From Lingula anatina (lineage: Eukaryota > Animalia > Brachiopoda), in contig CM120641.1 of assembly GCA_051362555.1 (NCBI GenBank), forward strand, positions 29,518,401 through 29,582,400: a DNA stretch of 64,000 nt. Reading direction: 5' to 3'. The position numbers and the translations under genes are program-made. Shown piece after piece: positions 1 to 14,320 of the stretch (its first letter is position 1; each line of letters opens with the position of its first letter). A model generated the notes under the pieces. That model was not told where the DNA came from and did not search any database. It saw only the letters and a program-made list of their open reading frames with translations.

Positions 1-1063
1 ACTTTACAAATTGGCAAATATGTCAGGACGTCTGCCCTAGGGTATACTGGCCAACATGACAACCCAACATTAAACAAATAAATTACCTAGCGATCACTTT
101 TTTTATCACCTGTTAATATCAACGGCTTTTATATTTTTCCTTTTTTCTTGTGTCAGGATTTCTATTTCATGTGCTATATTGCGCATTTTTAATATATGAT
201 CTATTTTACAGTTATGTGCACTCGATAATATTAAAATGTGCAATATTGTGCGACACAGCGCAAAACACAAAAGAAAACAACTCTGAACATAAGTAAACAC
301 AGGAATCGGTCACTTGCAAGAAAATAGGTTGATATAAAATATATTGCTAGGTTATTTATATAAACAATAAAAAACCATGAAGATGTAAAATATCAGCATT
401 TATTTTTCTCATTGCAATGTATAAACATAGGCAACTCAAAGTTTTAATTGTCAGTTTAAGACCTTTGTGTTTTGAGGTGAGATAACAATCAGTATGGGGC
501 AAAACTTTATCCCTGAATAAGATTTTATCACGAAAATTGGCAAAGTTGACCATGAGTGTATAGGCTACTATCCTTAGCCGTCATTTTTGTTTAAATGACT
601 GTGTTATGGAGTTACGAGTCCCTAATTACCGTTTTAGGGACTCGTTTAGGGGGGGGCAGGGAGGAATTTTCATGGGACAGGGGGTTGCCTGGGGTAATTG
701 TCCTGATGCCATCAGACGGCTTATCATAAGATAAAGAGTTACAAATACACAGCACAAGTTAACAGTGACATGACATCAATCATAATTATCATCATGATAA
801 ATGAAGCTGCAATGAATTACCTAGACTAGGGTCTGTGTATATCATAATTTCACACTGCAGCACTGACTGACTGCCCTCTGACTCTAGCATCTCAGTTAAT
901 TAATAAAAAAAAAGCAGATATGTTCCTGTCTTTCTTATAGCACAAACAAATTAGAAAGATTGCAATGAGGCAAATGATTGGTTAATATCCAACATTGACA
1001 GTATCATCATGATTCATATCAAATCAATGTGCATGTTTGTTATATTCCACAGAAACAGATGAG

Positions 1064-4000
1064 ATGGATGAAGTGGTGCCTCAGAGTTCAGGGAACATGG
1101 GGGCATCATCAGCTGACCCTGAATTGGGGGACTCTCAAGAAACAACCACCAGCTCAGTCCCAGTCTTGAAAGAGTTTGAACCTCTCAATCACATGTTGAA
1201 TATGATTCCCAGCAAAGCACAACGGGGTCTAAAGGTGTATCCTATTGATTTAACATGCCTAGATGCTTCAAAGAGTTTCATTGCCTTGGGATCAAATCTG
1301 GGAATTCTGTTTCTTTATAACAGAGAGAAACAGTCATTACAAAGGCTAACATGTGATGTAAGCATTTTACTGATGAACCTTTTTTCTTAAGTACTGCATT
1401 TATTCTTAAGTGACTGTCTACTTTGCATAAGCAGATGTCTTTCATTTTTGTATCACAATCACTAGATAATCTTAAGCAGTATGGCTATGTCCCATTGGTC
1501 TCACTGGATATATCATAATAAATGTAGAAAGCTTCATTCAAAATATACAGCTTTATATTCAGGCATAACTGAAATGCTTGGTTTTCAATTTCTTCATAAT
1601 GTAACGTGTGTATTTTGTAATTATTTCTTTGCTATTCAGGTTTTAGCTGTATATCAACCACTTTATACTTCTTTAATAAGTGTTGTTTCTTTTTTATATA
1701 AGTCAAAAAGTGAAGTAATGAGCTGTGTGAAGATGCAGGAGGGCCTGGAGTTCCAGATTGCACTGGGAACCCACTCTGGATTACTGTGTGTCTTCATCTT
1801 GCCTTCCATTCTACCTGGCAGAAACAAACAGGTATGACATACTGAGGTCAGCCAAGTATATTTTCTGCTTTAAACCAAATAGCTTTTTTTTCATCAATCA
1901 ATGATGGATTGCCAAAAATGTCAAGGGCATTTCATTTCCTTTAAGCATTGTAAATTGAAAATATGTCCGAGTTATACTTGATGGTGTAATATCTCAATAG
2001 CTTGTTTGAAAAAAAGACAATAATTGATGACTTGCTTGCAATTTCATTTTATAGCTATTGAAATTCACAATACCTGGTTTGCACAAGAGTCGCGTGACTT
2101 GCCTTGAATGGAGTACAAATGGAATGAAACTTTACAGTGGAGATGAACAAGGAAACATTGTTTGCACAAAAGTTGATATTGAAAAGGTAAAGTGAGAGGT
2201 GTATGTTTGTGTTTAGTGTGTATTAGCTTTAAATTTAAAGAGGGTATAGAACCAAAAATTTTTTTCATCATTGACAATATGTTACATTCGTGGAAAGTCA
2301 ATTTTAAACTCATTTGATGAAGCATGTGGTAAAGCCTTTTTTTAATGACAATTAACAATAGTATAGTCTTATTGCATTTTTAGGGACAGTGTGCATCAGA
2401 TATTATTTTAAAAGAGAGCCACAAAATTGTTCAGCTGGACTATGCTCACAAAACCCTGTTGGTATCAAGTAGAATGAGAACAATTTTATGTCACACGGAA
2501 AACAACAATTCTGTGTCTCAAGTTGGACAAAAGGACAGGAAATGGTAGGAACTTACAGGCATAAAAAAATCAACCAATTAGTGTTGTAATGATTAAAGGG
2601 ATAATAACTCTTTGTTTCGGCCAAAAAATGAATTTGCCTGGAGTAAACAACAATTTTCCCATACTTACCAATGGTTAATGAATCCATTTTTACATTAAAA
2701 ATTAGTCCCTGGTTTTTTTCTAAAAAGTTTGGTTTTTTGTTAAAATCTCTTAAGAGATTTTAACAGAGTATAGCCATCAATGGAGGTTACGTGGTCTAAA
2801 GACAAGCTCAGATATCATAATAATAGCTATAACTGCCGTTTTTGTGGTAAAACAGAATATATTATTTTTCTATAAGTTATTCACAATGTTTTTATTGTGA
2901 AATATAGATCTCATACGAGGAGTTATTATCCCTTTAAAATAATTCTGCAGTGATTTTGAAGTATCTCAATCCAATTTTGTCATATACGTATAAAAAAATC
3001 TTTGTAGCATGGATAAATACATTTTGATATTCATGCATAAAATTTAAAATGTTACAAAGTTTTATGTCTTAAAGCATTCATTCAGGTCAAAAATAATGCG
3101 TATGGTTCAAGCCAGTTCATTTCATATTAACATTTTTCCTCAGTGGAAAGAAATACAATCTGAAATAGAAATCCAGCTTTATTTTCTTAAAACTGACTGG
3201 AGAACGCCAAGCAAAATTTGCCAATCTGTTGTATAAGTATAGGAATATATGATTTATGCATATGATCATAATATTTCAGCCTTGGTAACTTTGGAGCCTG
3301 TTTTGTTGCTGGTCTTGGACAGAAGGACTCTTATCTCTATGCTGCTAGACCTGGACTGAGGCTGTGGAAAGCAGGTCTTGATGGGGAGGTCAAAGCCACA
3401 TTTATTCTGAAAGATATACTCAATAATTCTAGCTGTCCTTCCATAGAATTGTTAGACACCCTGTCTCCAATCAAGACTGTTGTCAGTCCCTCAGACAGAC
3501 AGTTTGGGCCTGTGGTTGTGTATGACAAGAAGCACATAATGACTTGGAATGAGAGCTCAATGTATGTCTTGGACCCTGAGGTGAACGCAGTGGTTGCTGT
3601 CAGCAATAGAGTGGGAGTCCTGAAAAGCATTGTGACTTGTGATGATGAGATTTTTGTGTTGCGTATGGGCTCAGACAGAAATGTGATTAGAATTGCTCAA
3701 AAACCTGAGGAACTGAATATTCCCAAAGGTGTGTATTTGTTAAATGGAATTTGTTTACCACTTATTTAATTTGCTCATTATTTTCTTTTCTGTAAAATGC
3801 ATTGCAATTTGCAATTGCAAAGAAGTGTGTCACATGTTTTATTTGTATATGATGATGAGTGAATCTTATTAGTCATCCAGTAAAATAAGAATGTGAATAA
3901 CTCTGATTAGCAACTGTTGTGGTCTCAACCTGAAATCTTCTACTAGGAAAATGACCTGGATGGGCTGGTCACCTGATCTATTGTCACACTGCTAGGAATA

Positions 4001-7000
4001 TAATCTTTCTTTTCTTGTTTTTCAGAGCACACAAGATTATCAGTCTTGGATTTTTACAAAGGTGAGGCCTTTGAAATATCATTTGTTTCATTTCTTTGAA
4101 TTAGATCCCATTCAGATAGAGTCAGACACTTCATATTAGTCCTGTCAGTCAAATTCTGCTGGGGATTCTTGCTAAGTGCAGTCAGTGACGAGCCTTCTCG
4201 AGCAGCTAGGGGGTAAGTAATTATAACTAGCTGTTGAATCGACTGCACTTAGAACAAGCTCCTGCAGAGTTGGACTGACCCAGCTATTATGATATGTCTA
4301 TCTGAATGCACACTTAGTTTATATATTTAAGATTTATTTTCATTTGCTGTGCATTCAAGCTGAATAGTGCATGTTGTATCTGTACTTATATTGTAAGATA
4401 ATAATTGCTACGATTAAATTACTTATTACTTAAAAGTATTTTCAATTTGTTTTGTAAATTGAGTCTTTGATTTTCAGAGGACACAATGTTATCACAATTG
4501 GAATTTACACCCCCACCATCTCCAGTCTATGGTGCTTCTCTAGCAGCAAATGCTACAGAACGGAAGAAAAGTTCACCATCTCCACTACATATGTTATTTG
4601 GAAAGATAAAACACAAGGAAGAAAAACCCACAACAGTGGAAGATGTACGATCTAAGAGAAAGTCCCCATTTGGGTTCAATAAAAGTGGAGCTGGCACTAT
4701 TCAGGTTACAGACAATGCTGATGTTAAATTTAAACCTCTGACTCTGTCTGATAATTTGGGTGCTTCAGACTCTCTGAAAACTAACTTGATGGCCCCCCAG
4801 GCTGTGAAACGCCCCATTCCAGAATTAGGTGTGGATGTGAGGGAGATTGTATCCTCTACTTCAGAACTGCCACCTGTTGTCAAGCTGGACTCCTCTGAGG
4901 TACTGAAGATTGATTTGACTGCTGAGATGGGCTCAGATTTCAGTACCACGAAAAGTGAAAGTCTTGGATCTAAAATGGGCACAGGGAACAGTGTGTTTAA
5001 AGCAACTAAGGATAAAGCTCCAACACAACAGACACCATTGGACAGGTACTCTAAAATTGGAGGAGAGAAGTTTGATGACATAGTATTCCAACCAAAGATG
5101 AAAAAGAAACCAAAAAAGAAAACGCAGAAGGCCAGTAAAGATAACCAGGATTTGAACAGTTTAAGTGCTGATTCTAGCAGTTCAGCTTCAGTTAGTAAGG
5201 ACAAGGGAAGTCAACAAGCGCCACAAGTAGTGCAGGATCATCAACCACCTCCAGACCCAAATTTGTTACAAGATATAAAGAACATAGTCAGACCAGAGAT
5301 GATGGCAAAGGCAGTGAAACCGGACATTACTTCTGACTTGCATGGCTCTAGAAGTGAAGCAGGTGGTATGCACATTTTTGTTGTCAGATATGTGATTGGT
5401 CTCAGGCTAGCTTTCTTTGTCTTAGATAGTTTTTTATTTCTTTTAATGTACAGACACAGTGTGCAAAACTCTGCATTTTTTTTTTTTTTTTGTAAACTTT
5501 TCATTTTTTAAATATTGGCATTTTCAATATGTGACTGAAATCCCATGGAACTGAAACCCTGTGCTTTTTATATAATATAAATGTTTTCTGAGTGTTACCT
5601 GTAGCATGTGATTAAAAATTGGTGGTGATTAAGCTGTTAAACACTATTTAATATTGTATCAAAATTGACAAAAACTGTATAGTGCACTAGCATAAATATA
5701 TCTGCTTTGTGTCTGTACATTTAACAGCTTTGCTGCCTTGTTTTGGTTTAGAAAATGTTAAAGAGCTTTTTCCAGTTTATCACTGTTTTTAAAATTAAGA
5801 TAATACCTGACTGGAAAAAACAGCTGCAGCAATTGAACTATGTTAAGCGCTTATCATCAGTGCCGGAACATTTCACCTACCTGGTAATTAATAAGTCTAA
5901 TTTTGAATTTTAATGAAACTAATTTTGACACATTTAAATTCCATGTGTTATGGCAGGTATTACATCAAACACAGACAAATTGTCTCCTGAATTCAAACCA
6001 ACCCTGAAGGGTGAGAAACAACCAGAGAATCCAACAACAAAGCTCAAGGATAAAGGGGAGGCATCAGACAATCAAGATCACACAAACAAGGCTACATTTA
6101 CTTCATCACTCATTCCTGATGTAGCTGTCATGTCAGGTGGGGAGTTAGCCTGTCACAAGTTGAATGATTTAGTATTGGAGAAACAAAATTTACAAAGATC
6201 AGACCAAAGTGCACCGAAAGATGAGAAAAGAGAAACAAAACTGGAAGGTTCCAGTGCATATTCCAGTAAGACAACAGAAACTCTTGAATTCAATAGGGAG
6301 ATAAAGACTGAATTTCATATCACACAGCCAAGCCAAAACAAAAGTGAAACCAGCACCAAAGGCAGCCTTGAGGATACAAATACACCATTTAAACCCAAAG
6401 CTGCTCAAGTTACATCTCCAGAGACGCCTTCTGAAGACATATACAGTAGTTTCCTTATGGAAACTGAGGGGGGCAGAGGACCACCAATATATAAAACTTC
6501 AGATGCCTCCATGGATGACTTATACAAGGGGTATGCAGAAGATTCCCCTGAAAAAGAAGCAAGTTGCCAAGCTAGTGGTCTTCAGGTTGGGGCCTCTGCA
6601 GCTGCAAAACCTCCAGAATCAAGCCTGTCCAGCCAGGAATCATTTGAGGGACAGATATTAGACATGGTCTGGTCAAATGTCTCTGAGAGCTGGACAGAAT
6701 GCACGCTTCAGGGAAACCTCCAGGATTTGACCGTTTCCTCCAAGCATGTCTGGTATGTGGACAGAAGTGATCGCATCTTTTGGGCTCCTATCAATGAGCA
6801 TGGCCTGCCATGGAAGCAGCTGGATGTGAAGGCAAATCAGCTGGCTGTGTCTCCCAATGGTCTTATAGTGTGGAGGCTGTTCAATGGTGTTGTCTTTGCT
6901 GGGACTAAAATATCAACTAAAAACCCAGGTGGGCAGAAGTGGGTGGAGGCCCTCAGAGATGTAACTCGCATATCAGTGGATGATACTTCAGCTTGGTAAT

Positions 7001-8595
7001 TTGGCTCTTTATTTAGTATATTCATTCACAAAACATGCAAGTAGTAGTGTTCTACAGACCATGGTACTGATGGTACTTATTAATAGTAAATAAGAGGTAA
7101 AATGAACAGACAGCAAGGGTACTGATGTGTGGCCCTCTGGATTGTGATACAGGAAACTAGTTTGATGATCAGCTGTTTGTTCTGTACTATATTTTCAGTG
7201 CAGTGGCTACTTTTTAAAAGTGATTTCCATTTATCTTGAAGTATTTACTTTGAAGTAATTAAAAAGAATTGATATGCACAAAGATACTTGTATCATATTA
7301 TGTATTTATTTTAGACATCTGTGAGTGACAGCAATGGCTTTTTGTTTTGGTTTGCAGGTATATAAAGAACAGTGGAGATGTCATGATGCAGAAAAGTCTC
7401 ACAAAAGACCGACCTTGTTTCAAGTCCTTTTCTGTAACACCAAATATGAAACTTATTGATATTCAATGCTACAAGGGAGTTGTCTGGGCTATTGATGAGA
7501 ATCACCATCTGGTGGTCCGAACTGGTATTAAACCTAATGCCCCCACAGGGAGTGGATGGAAGCTGGTAGAAAGGTGAAATTTTGTATAACGAAATATTTT
7601 TAGCCAGTGATGTCTACATTCTGTGCTGTCCAAGTCTGCAAAGAAAGTGTTCTTTGAAGTTGATTTTATAAGGCCGAAAGAAAAATTACTATATATATAT
7701 ATATATATACTCCACACATATAGAACATATAACTCAAGAATAAATTCAAAAATATGATGTGTAGTACAGTCTGATGCAGATGACTATAAATATCATATGC
7801 AGCACAGAAAATACGTGTGCTGAGAATGTTATGTGTTGTACATTTCTGTCTTTTGACAGTGCCTTGAGCTTAAGTGTGACCAGCATTTCTCTGGGGGACC
7901 AGGATAGAGGGTGGCTGATGGATACAAGTGGAAAAATATGGTTTTGTTCTGGAGTGTCTCCACAGAAGCCAGAAGGAGAAGGAACATGGTGGCAGGTGGG
8001 CATTGAATCTTAAACAACATAGATGGAAAATGTCAGGTGGTCTGGGATTTAAAAATATGAAGTTCATCCCAACTAATCTGGTGTATCGTGTGGAAGAAAA
8101 CACCAAAGGAATTATTGTGTTCCAGATATGAAAAAATGAGGTAATAATTAAATTATTAATTTAAAACTGAAATTGTAAATTTATTTCAATAGAGACTTAT
8201 GATACAATTATCTTGTTTTTTTATTTTTTCATTTTGTTACGTTCATATTGAAGGTCATGTTTAGTGAATACCTAGTCCAGGATCCAACAGCCATGGATAC
8301 ATTTAAAAACATTGCGGAAGTTTTGGACCCCCAGAACCTGAGCAAGGTGACAAGTGCAATCCTGGGCCACCAGGGAGGCTGTGTTGCAGCTGGAGAGATG
8401 GGATTGTTTGTTGGTCCGGAGAACAAGGCTGCGCTACAAGTGTGTCGAGGAAATATTATAGGTCATTGCAAGTTTTTAAATAATTTATCATTCAGAATCA
8501 AAAATGGCAAGACAGATAAAGCGTGTGAAGCTGAATAGGTTGTAGTTTCATATCATCTCTTTTAGTTTTAAATCCTAAGTTTTGATTTTATTTAC

Positions 8596-8638
<43 letters not shown>

Positions 8639-11217
8639 TTTTTTTTTTTTTTTTTTTGTAATTGCTATATGTACAATTTTATTTCAAATTGGGTTCGTCA
8701 TAGAAATAAACTCACTTTTATAACTTCTTTCATTAATTTTTTTTAGGACATGACTGGTTTCAAGCAAATCCCATTGGCATGGCATCTTCCACCAGATGGA
8801 GTTTAGTGTCTGCCACAGTGGCCAATGGTCCAGCAGGTTTGTATAGTTTGTAAATAATGCTGCAAATGGGGAGGATGTCTTATATTATGTTGTAAGATTT
8901 TTTGTTATAAGCTGACTGTGAAGTTGATCAGATTAAAATCAAACGAGTTATGAGTTGAAAATATTAATTGCTGAATTGATGCAACATGAAGGCTGTCATG
9001 TTTGCTTTTCTGCTGTTACACATTTTATACATTTTACATTTCTCATTTCATATATTTCACATATTTCATGTTCCTGTTTCAATGTTAAAAATTGCCTATC
9101 TTTAAAGGTCTGGTATGGGCCAGTCAACCAAATGGAGAACTGTTTTGTTTCACCCTGGATTCCCGTCAGTTTAGCTGTGTGAGTGTTCCTATGGGTTGTT
9201 TGTTCACATGCCTGAGTACCACCACCGATGCAGTGTGGGGTTTGACTGCAGGGGGAACAGTGTACATACGGTCTGGAATAGGACCACACTGTCCACAGGG
9301 GGCTAGTTGGGTCCAGCTAGACCTTGACCAGCTAGGTAAGTTATTCAAGGCCAGACAAAAAAAAAGGATGAACAAGTAGGAAATTTTATCATCTGTTTGA
9401 TATGACATTTTTTATATGATGAACAGGATGTAGAATTCCTGTTGGCCGTCAAATTCCATTGTTTGCTTAGTTTTCAAAGCTGCTGAAATCAGTGTTTTTA
9501 AGTTGCTGTTCATGTTGGGGATGCATGATATTCTTTTTACTTGTTCCAACTCTATTTGTCAGTTTAAGATGGCAGAGATACTGCTTTTTGCTTTGTTGGT
9601 GCGGAATCAACTATACTCTACTCCTTGGTAATTTATTACATACTTTATATACATATGTCTACATTTGAAAAATTTTATGATAATGTATTATACACATATA
9701 TACTTAATTTATATCTACACTAATGTTATTGATGAGGTATCACATAATATCCTTCAAAGGTGATTCCAAACTAGTTAGTGTGTCGTGTGGCACAGAAAAT
9801 GTGTGGGCAGTGGACGATAAGGGCGCTGTATTCTTAAGGATCGGGACAAAAGCACCATCGTCTCATTATCTCAACCCAGCTTGGGTCCAAGTTGATGGGC
9901 TAGCAACTGCTGGTGCCATATTTACCCAAGTGGCAACAGGACCAGAAGACTGGATGGTAAGTAGAGTTTTTTTCCATACTTTAGCTATCATTTAGATATT
10001 CTTATTTTAAAGTCTTAGAGAATTGTGCAAATCTTGATAAAATTTATGAGAATTCAGCTGGTAAAGGTTTTGGTTAATGTGCTTTGTTGTCCTTTGCCCA
10101 GATTTTGACGGAGCTCAAAACATAGTAGCTTTCAAAATGTGTTGCTCCTTTGTTTATCAAGCCGTTAACATCTGAAAGCAAGGGGGGTTTTAAGAAGATA
10201 CCTAGAATTGGTCTTTACAATAAACAGTCATATTCATATTTTAATACTATGTGGAATTATATTACATAAGCTGTATAATTGGTAAATTTTCAATTTTGTG
10301 AATTTTTATTGATTAGGTATGGGCCATTGATAATAAGAAGTGTGTATATGTAAGGGCTGCTGTAACATATGAAATGCCCATTGGTACTCACTGGATCCCA
10401 GTGGCAGGTAAGCTGTGTAAAATATCTTGACTGTGACATGAAAGGGGGTAACACTGAAAAGGCAAGTTATGGCAAATCATTTTGGACAGCTTGGTTTTAA
10501 ATGTTTTTTTTTTTATTTGTTAAAAGATAAGTATATTCTGGCCTGTTATTTAGTCTAAAGATAAGTGTATTCCAGCCTGTAATTAAGTCTAATGGTAAGA
10601 TGGTAAATGATGGACAAGAGGGGAGTAATGACAAAGTATAATTGTTTCGTAGTACAACCTTCGTTTTTTCACTTGAATTATCAAATGTTCTGTAATGTCC
10701 AGGTACCCAGGCTCAGCAGTTGAGTGTGAGCAGCACCACTGTCTGGGCACTGAACCCACAGAGAGAGATTCTCTGTAGATATGGCATCAGCCAGCAAAAC
10801 CCAGTGGGTGATTACTGGAAAAAAATACCCGGAAATTACCAGAATATTTCAGGTAACCAATTTGGATTTGTTTAATTGCTGGTCTAGTAAATTACATTTT
10901 GTTGATTTTCATTTTTTTATTTTGACTACAAGAAAGTATGTAACATATTTCAGTACTTGTACACAATTGTTTTGTAGTTGGTACTTAAAAGTCAATATGA
11001 AATGTCAAACTAGAGAAGGAAAAGATATGCAGCAATATGTTCATTTTTTTCCCCAACAGCTTCTGCCAATAACCAGTTGTGGGGTATAACAAAAGATGGT
11101 GGACTCTTTGAACATAAAAGCAAGTATCTGAAAAGGAGGGAATTTGTTGAGGAAAGCCTTTCAAAAATTGGTAGAAGCACGAGTGCTAACAGTGATGGTG
11201 ATTGGGAACTATTGTAA
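1064..11217 (+). CDS. TECPR2: Tectonin beta-propeller repeat-containing protein 2 (N-terminal HPS5-like WD40 region, low-complexity middle, TECPR repeats, C-terminal LIR); ~1521 aa, 16 coding exons plus a possible micro-exon
   Basis: GT-AG exons that splice in frame: 1064-1357, 1703-1831, 2055-2186, 2384-2544, 3280-3728, (4026-4061), 4478-5365, 5957-6995, 7358-7573, 7860-7995, 8254-8461, 8747-8836, 9108-9335, 9760-9956, 10317-10407, 10703-10852, 11060-11217. Motifs: LKEFEPL, LYAARPGLRLWKA, a poly-Lys patch (KKKPKKK), repeated VWA/VWG...R.GI....P.G..W tectonin units, and a terminal DGDWELL* LIR resembling human WEVI. Confidence 0.93.
2597..2933. mobile_element. MITE with TTAA target duplication and AGGGATAATAACTC TIR (Kolobok-like), copy 1
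   Basis: ttaa|AGGGATAATAACTC ... GAGTTATTATCCCT|ttaa; the internal sequence recurs at 18156-18506 and, reversed, at 30510-30810. Confidence 0.85.
5445..5742 (+). mobile_element. Short internally deleted Helentron/HINE-like element
   Basis: Begins atgtacagacaca and ends gtgtctgtacatttaacagctttgctgccttgtt, the same termini as the long element at 20293-22081. Confidence 0.7.
8590..8657. repeat. (TTTA)n microsatellite plus poly-T
   Basis: Directly visible. Confidence 0.9.
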
Positions 11218-13599
11218 AACAAGGCATTTTTCATACCATGCATTTATTTGTAATACCCAGTAGATGTAGATTAAATACCGGGGCATGTTGATAATGTTTG
11301 ATATTGTTGCATTGCAACTTTGGCATTGATTTATGGAAATACACAAATTTTAAGGAAAATTCGGAAAATTCTAAGTTGGAAGATTAATCAAAAAGAAAAT
11401 TATGCAAAGGTATTCTTTAGAACTTGGTGTACTCTTAGCTCTTTACAGTTAAAACATTACTAAGTATATATGCTGACATTTTTTTTTCCATTGACAATTA
11501 AAACATTACTTAGTATATATGCTGACATTCTTTTTTTTTCCATTGACAATTGTTCAGAAAAAAATGGAAAATGCTTCATGATATTCACTTATGGGTTCAG
11601 TTCAGCAAAATGTGATAATTTGTGGACTCGCCATGATCACTCTAGTATGTACATTTTTTTGCAAAGTTATTGCTTTTTATACTTTCCTTATTTATTTATA
11701 TTTATTTCTGCTGACTCAATCATTAAATGAGTAAAAAATCACTTGAAACAAATTTCATGGACTTATGTTTTTTAAATTCCTTAACTGATGAAATGCATTT
11801 GATTGCATGGTGGGTATTTTCATCAGCATTTATCTCAAGTTTTTTCTACATTATTCTTGCATGCTTTCCTTTTTGTGATTTTTTTTTAGAACTGAGTTTT
11901 ACACATTGCAAATTGATGAAAATTCATTGTGTACAGCTGAACCATTCTGCTGAGAGTTCAAATATAAGATATTAGGAAAGGTGCATGCTAGTCAAATCAG
12001 GTGAAGTTGAAAGTGATTAGTTACCCATTGATAGGTACACTGGTGAATTTAAGATGGGTTTGTAAATGAAGATTACTTTGATTATGATTAATAATTTATT
12101 TAGTTTCATATACAAATGTATTTTTTTAATTAGTAAGAAGGTGCAATTTTTTTCTTTTTTAAGTGCAATGTAAGTAAAACAAGGGAATGTTTTACATTAA
12201 GAATGTTCTTCCCACTTGATTCATTTTGTCAAATTCAACAGTGATTTGAGTGCTATTTCTTGCTTGGCTTTTTTTCTAGTAGTACATTGTACACATTGCT
12301 GAGTGAACAGAATTTTGTTTAATCAAATTTGTGAATATATAAATACACATGTATATTCTTTTTTTTTTTTTTTTTTTTTTTTTTCGACACTGGTATATTA
12401 ACATATTTGGGGGATGTAGAGAAATGTGTACTTGCTCAGTATCAGAAATGTGATGTCAAATTCATTTGAAAGGGAGCTGAAAAGAAAGGTGAGGGCATGC
12501 TGCCCCCCTTCTCTCACCCTTGTTTCACCTTTGTAACAATCTGTCTAATGCACAATTGTATAAGGCCAGCTTAAAGCAAAATACTGGTTAATGAAAAGAA
12601 ATGCTTCGTTGAATCGAAATTCATTGTGTATTAAGTGTTGTATGTAATAGGAGGTAAAGGTTCCATTGTAGGCAATTTGTAGCTCAAAATAATGTTTTTA
12701 TGCACACATAAGAAATACAATGGGTGTATTATTCATTAAAGATGCCATATTTGCTAATTCTGTCATAATTGTCTTCCATGTGCTATTGCAAAGTTGTGGT
12801 ATGCTTGCTCAAATAAGCAGTCAATACTGTTACTTACATGATATGTTTAAGGGCCTTTCGGCAGAATTTGTTATTTATTTTCTCTGTTGCTGTTGCTTTT
12901 GAATTGCCAGAAGGTAAATTTCATTGCAAACTTACCAAGTTAGGCACATTTTGTTGCAAGTTCTATGTTGAAGGAGAACATGGTATTTTTATGGACAGAC
13001 ATTTTGTGTCTGGACATACATACATCACCTACCTGTCACCACCTTCCACATTGAATTTCCTGGAATTTTAACTTGAGAAAATTATAAAAGGCAAACCATA
13101 CTTTTTATTATTCTCAAATTTATAGGAATGATTCATAGAACTTAAATTATACATGAAGCAAGATTTCCTGTAACACATCTAAATCACTAGTTTCTTATGA
13201 CTCAAATAAATGCCACATGCCAAATGATAAAAAAATAAAAAATAAAAAAACTGCACATTCAAATTTCTCACCGTAAAATTTGCCTATTTATCAGTCCCCA
13301 CAGTTTGTAAAAGTCCACTAAATGACATAATAATGTTTGATGCAATAGCATAATAATTTATGTGAGGGTTGGCAAAAATGACCAAGGGTTATATATAGCA
13401 CAAACAGGAAGCAGAAAATGTGTTTATTATCATGGTGGGGGAGCATGAAACGATACCCATTGGTGTTTCTTTAAATATTGCTATTTGAAACGGTTACTAT
13501 AAATGGTGGCATTTGGTCAGGTTTAGTGGCAATTATTTGACATGCTAACTGCCTTCAATTCTAATGAGCCTTATTGGATAATATTTGGAGTTACAAACT

Positions 13600-13870
13600 T
13601 CATTTATTTTGTGAGTTTGAATTCCCATGGGCATAAAGCCCTGTGCTACAGTCATTTTTTGAATATCCAGAGTAACAGATATACATTATAAAAATTGATG
13701 ATCATGTTATAAAGCATTATGAAATATTGCATCAAAACTGACATGAAACACTGTCCTTATGTTCTTAAATGGTTTGTTCAATATATTTAAACTAAATGTT
13801 TTTATGGCACTGCTTTTATTACTTTTGTAAATTACAAGTCTGTCCATTTAACAGCTTTGCTGCCTTGTTT
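13600..13870 (+). mobile_element. 3' fragment of the HINE-like family
   Basis: cccatgggcataaagccc...tattgcatcaaaa...gtctgtccatttaacagctttgctgccttgtt matches the family's internal blocks and 3' terminus. Left boundary uncertain. Confidence 0.65.
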
Positions 13871-14320
13871 CACATTTTTATTAGTTATCATAATTCTATT
13901 TGGGTAAGATAAGAAATCGTAGTTTTTCAGTAAATATCAATAAGTACATTAAGTACAATTGTTAACATTTTTTTCTAATAGTCATTTGAGGTTTTAGATT
14001 ATACATGCATGAGAGCACAACTTTCAGTATCATTTCACATTCTGGTGATAATTTAAGTTTTGCATGAAATAAATGGAGAGGTGGACTCATTGTATTATTT
14101 GTATTTATTCTGACCAGAACAGTGCATACAAATGCAACTAAGCCTTGAGATTTTAAACCGAAGGTTAGCACAGCTTTTTGGCAAAAAAGACCTTTTTTAA
14201 AAAAGAAAGAGAAAAAAATCATACTTAAGTTGAGAACTAGAGGTACAAAGGGTTATTTATTAACTAATATGTGAACATAACAGTATAGTGAAAAAAGTTT
14301 TTCCAAAGATGGATATTTCC

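Noticed and set aside
1037-3769. HPS5 call for the N-terminal WD40 exons
   Set aside because: Downstream in-frame tectonin repeats and the terminal LIR identify TECPR2.
4701-5204. 167-aa antisense ORF
   Set aside because: Shadow of the large TECPR2 exon, with no recognisable motifs.
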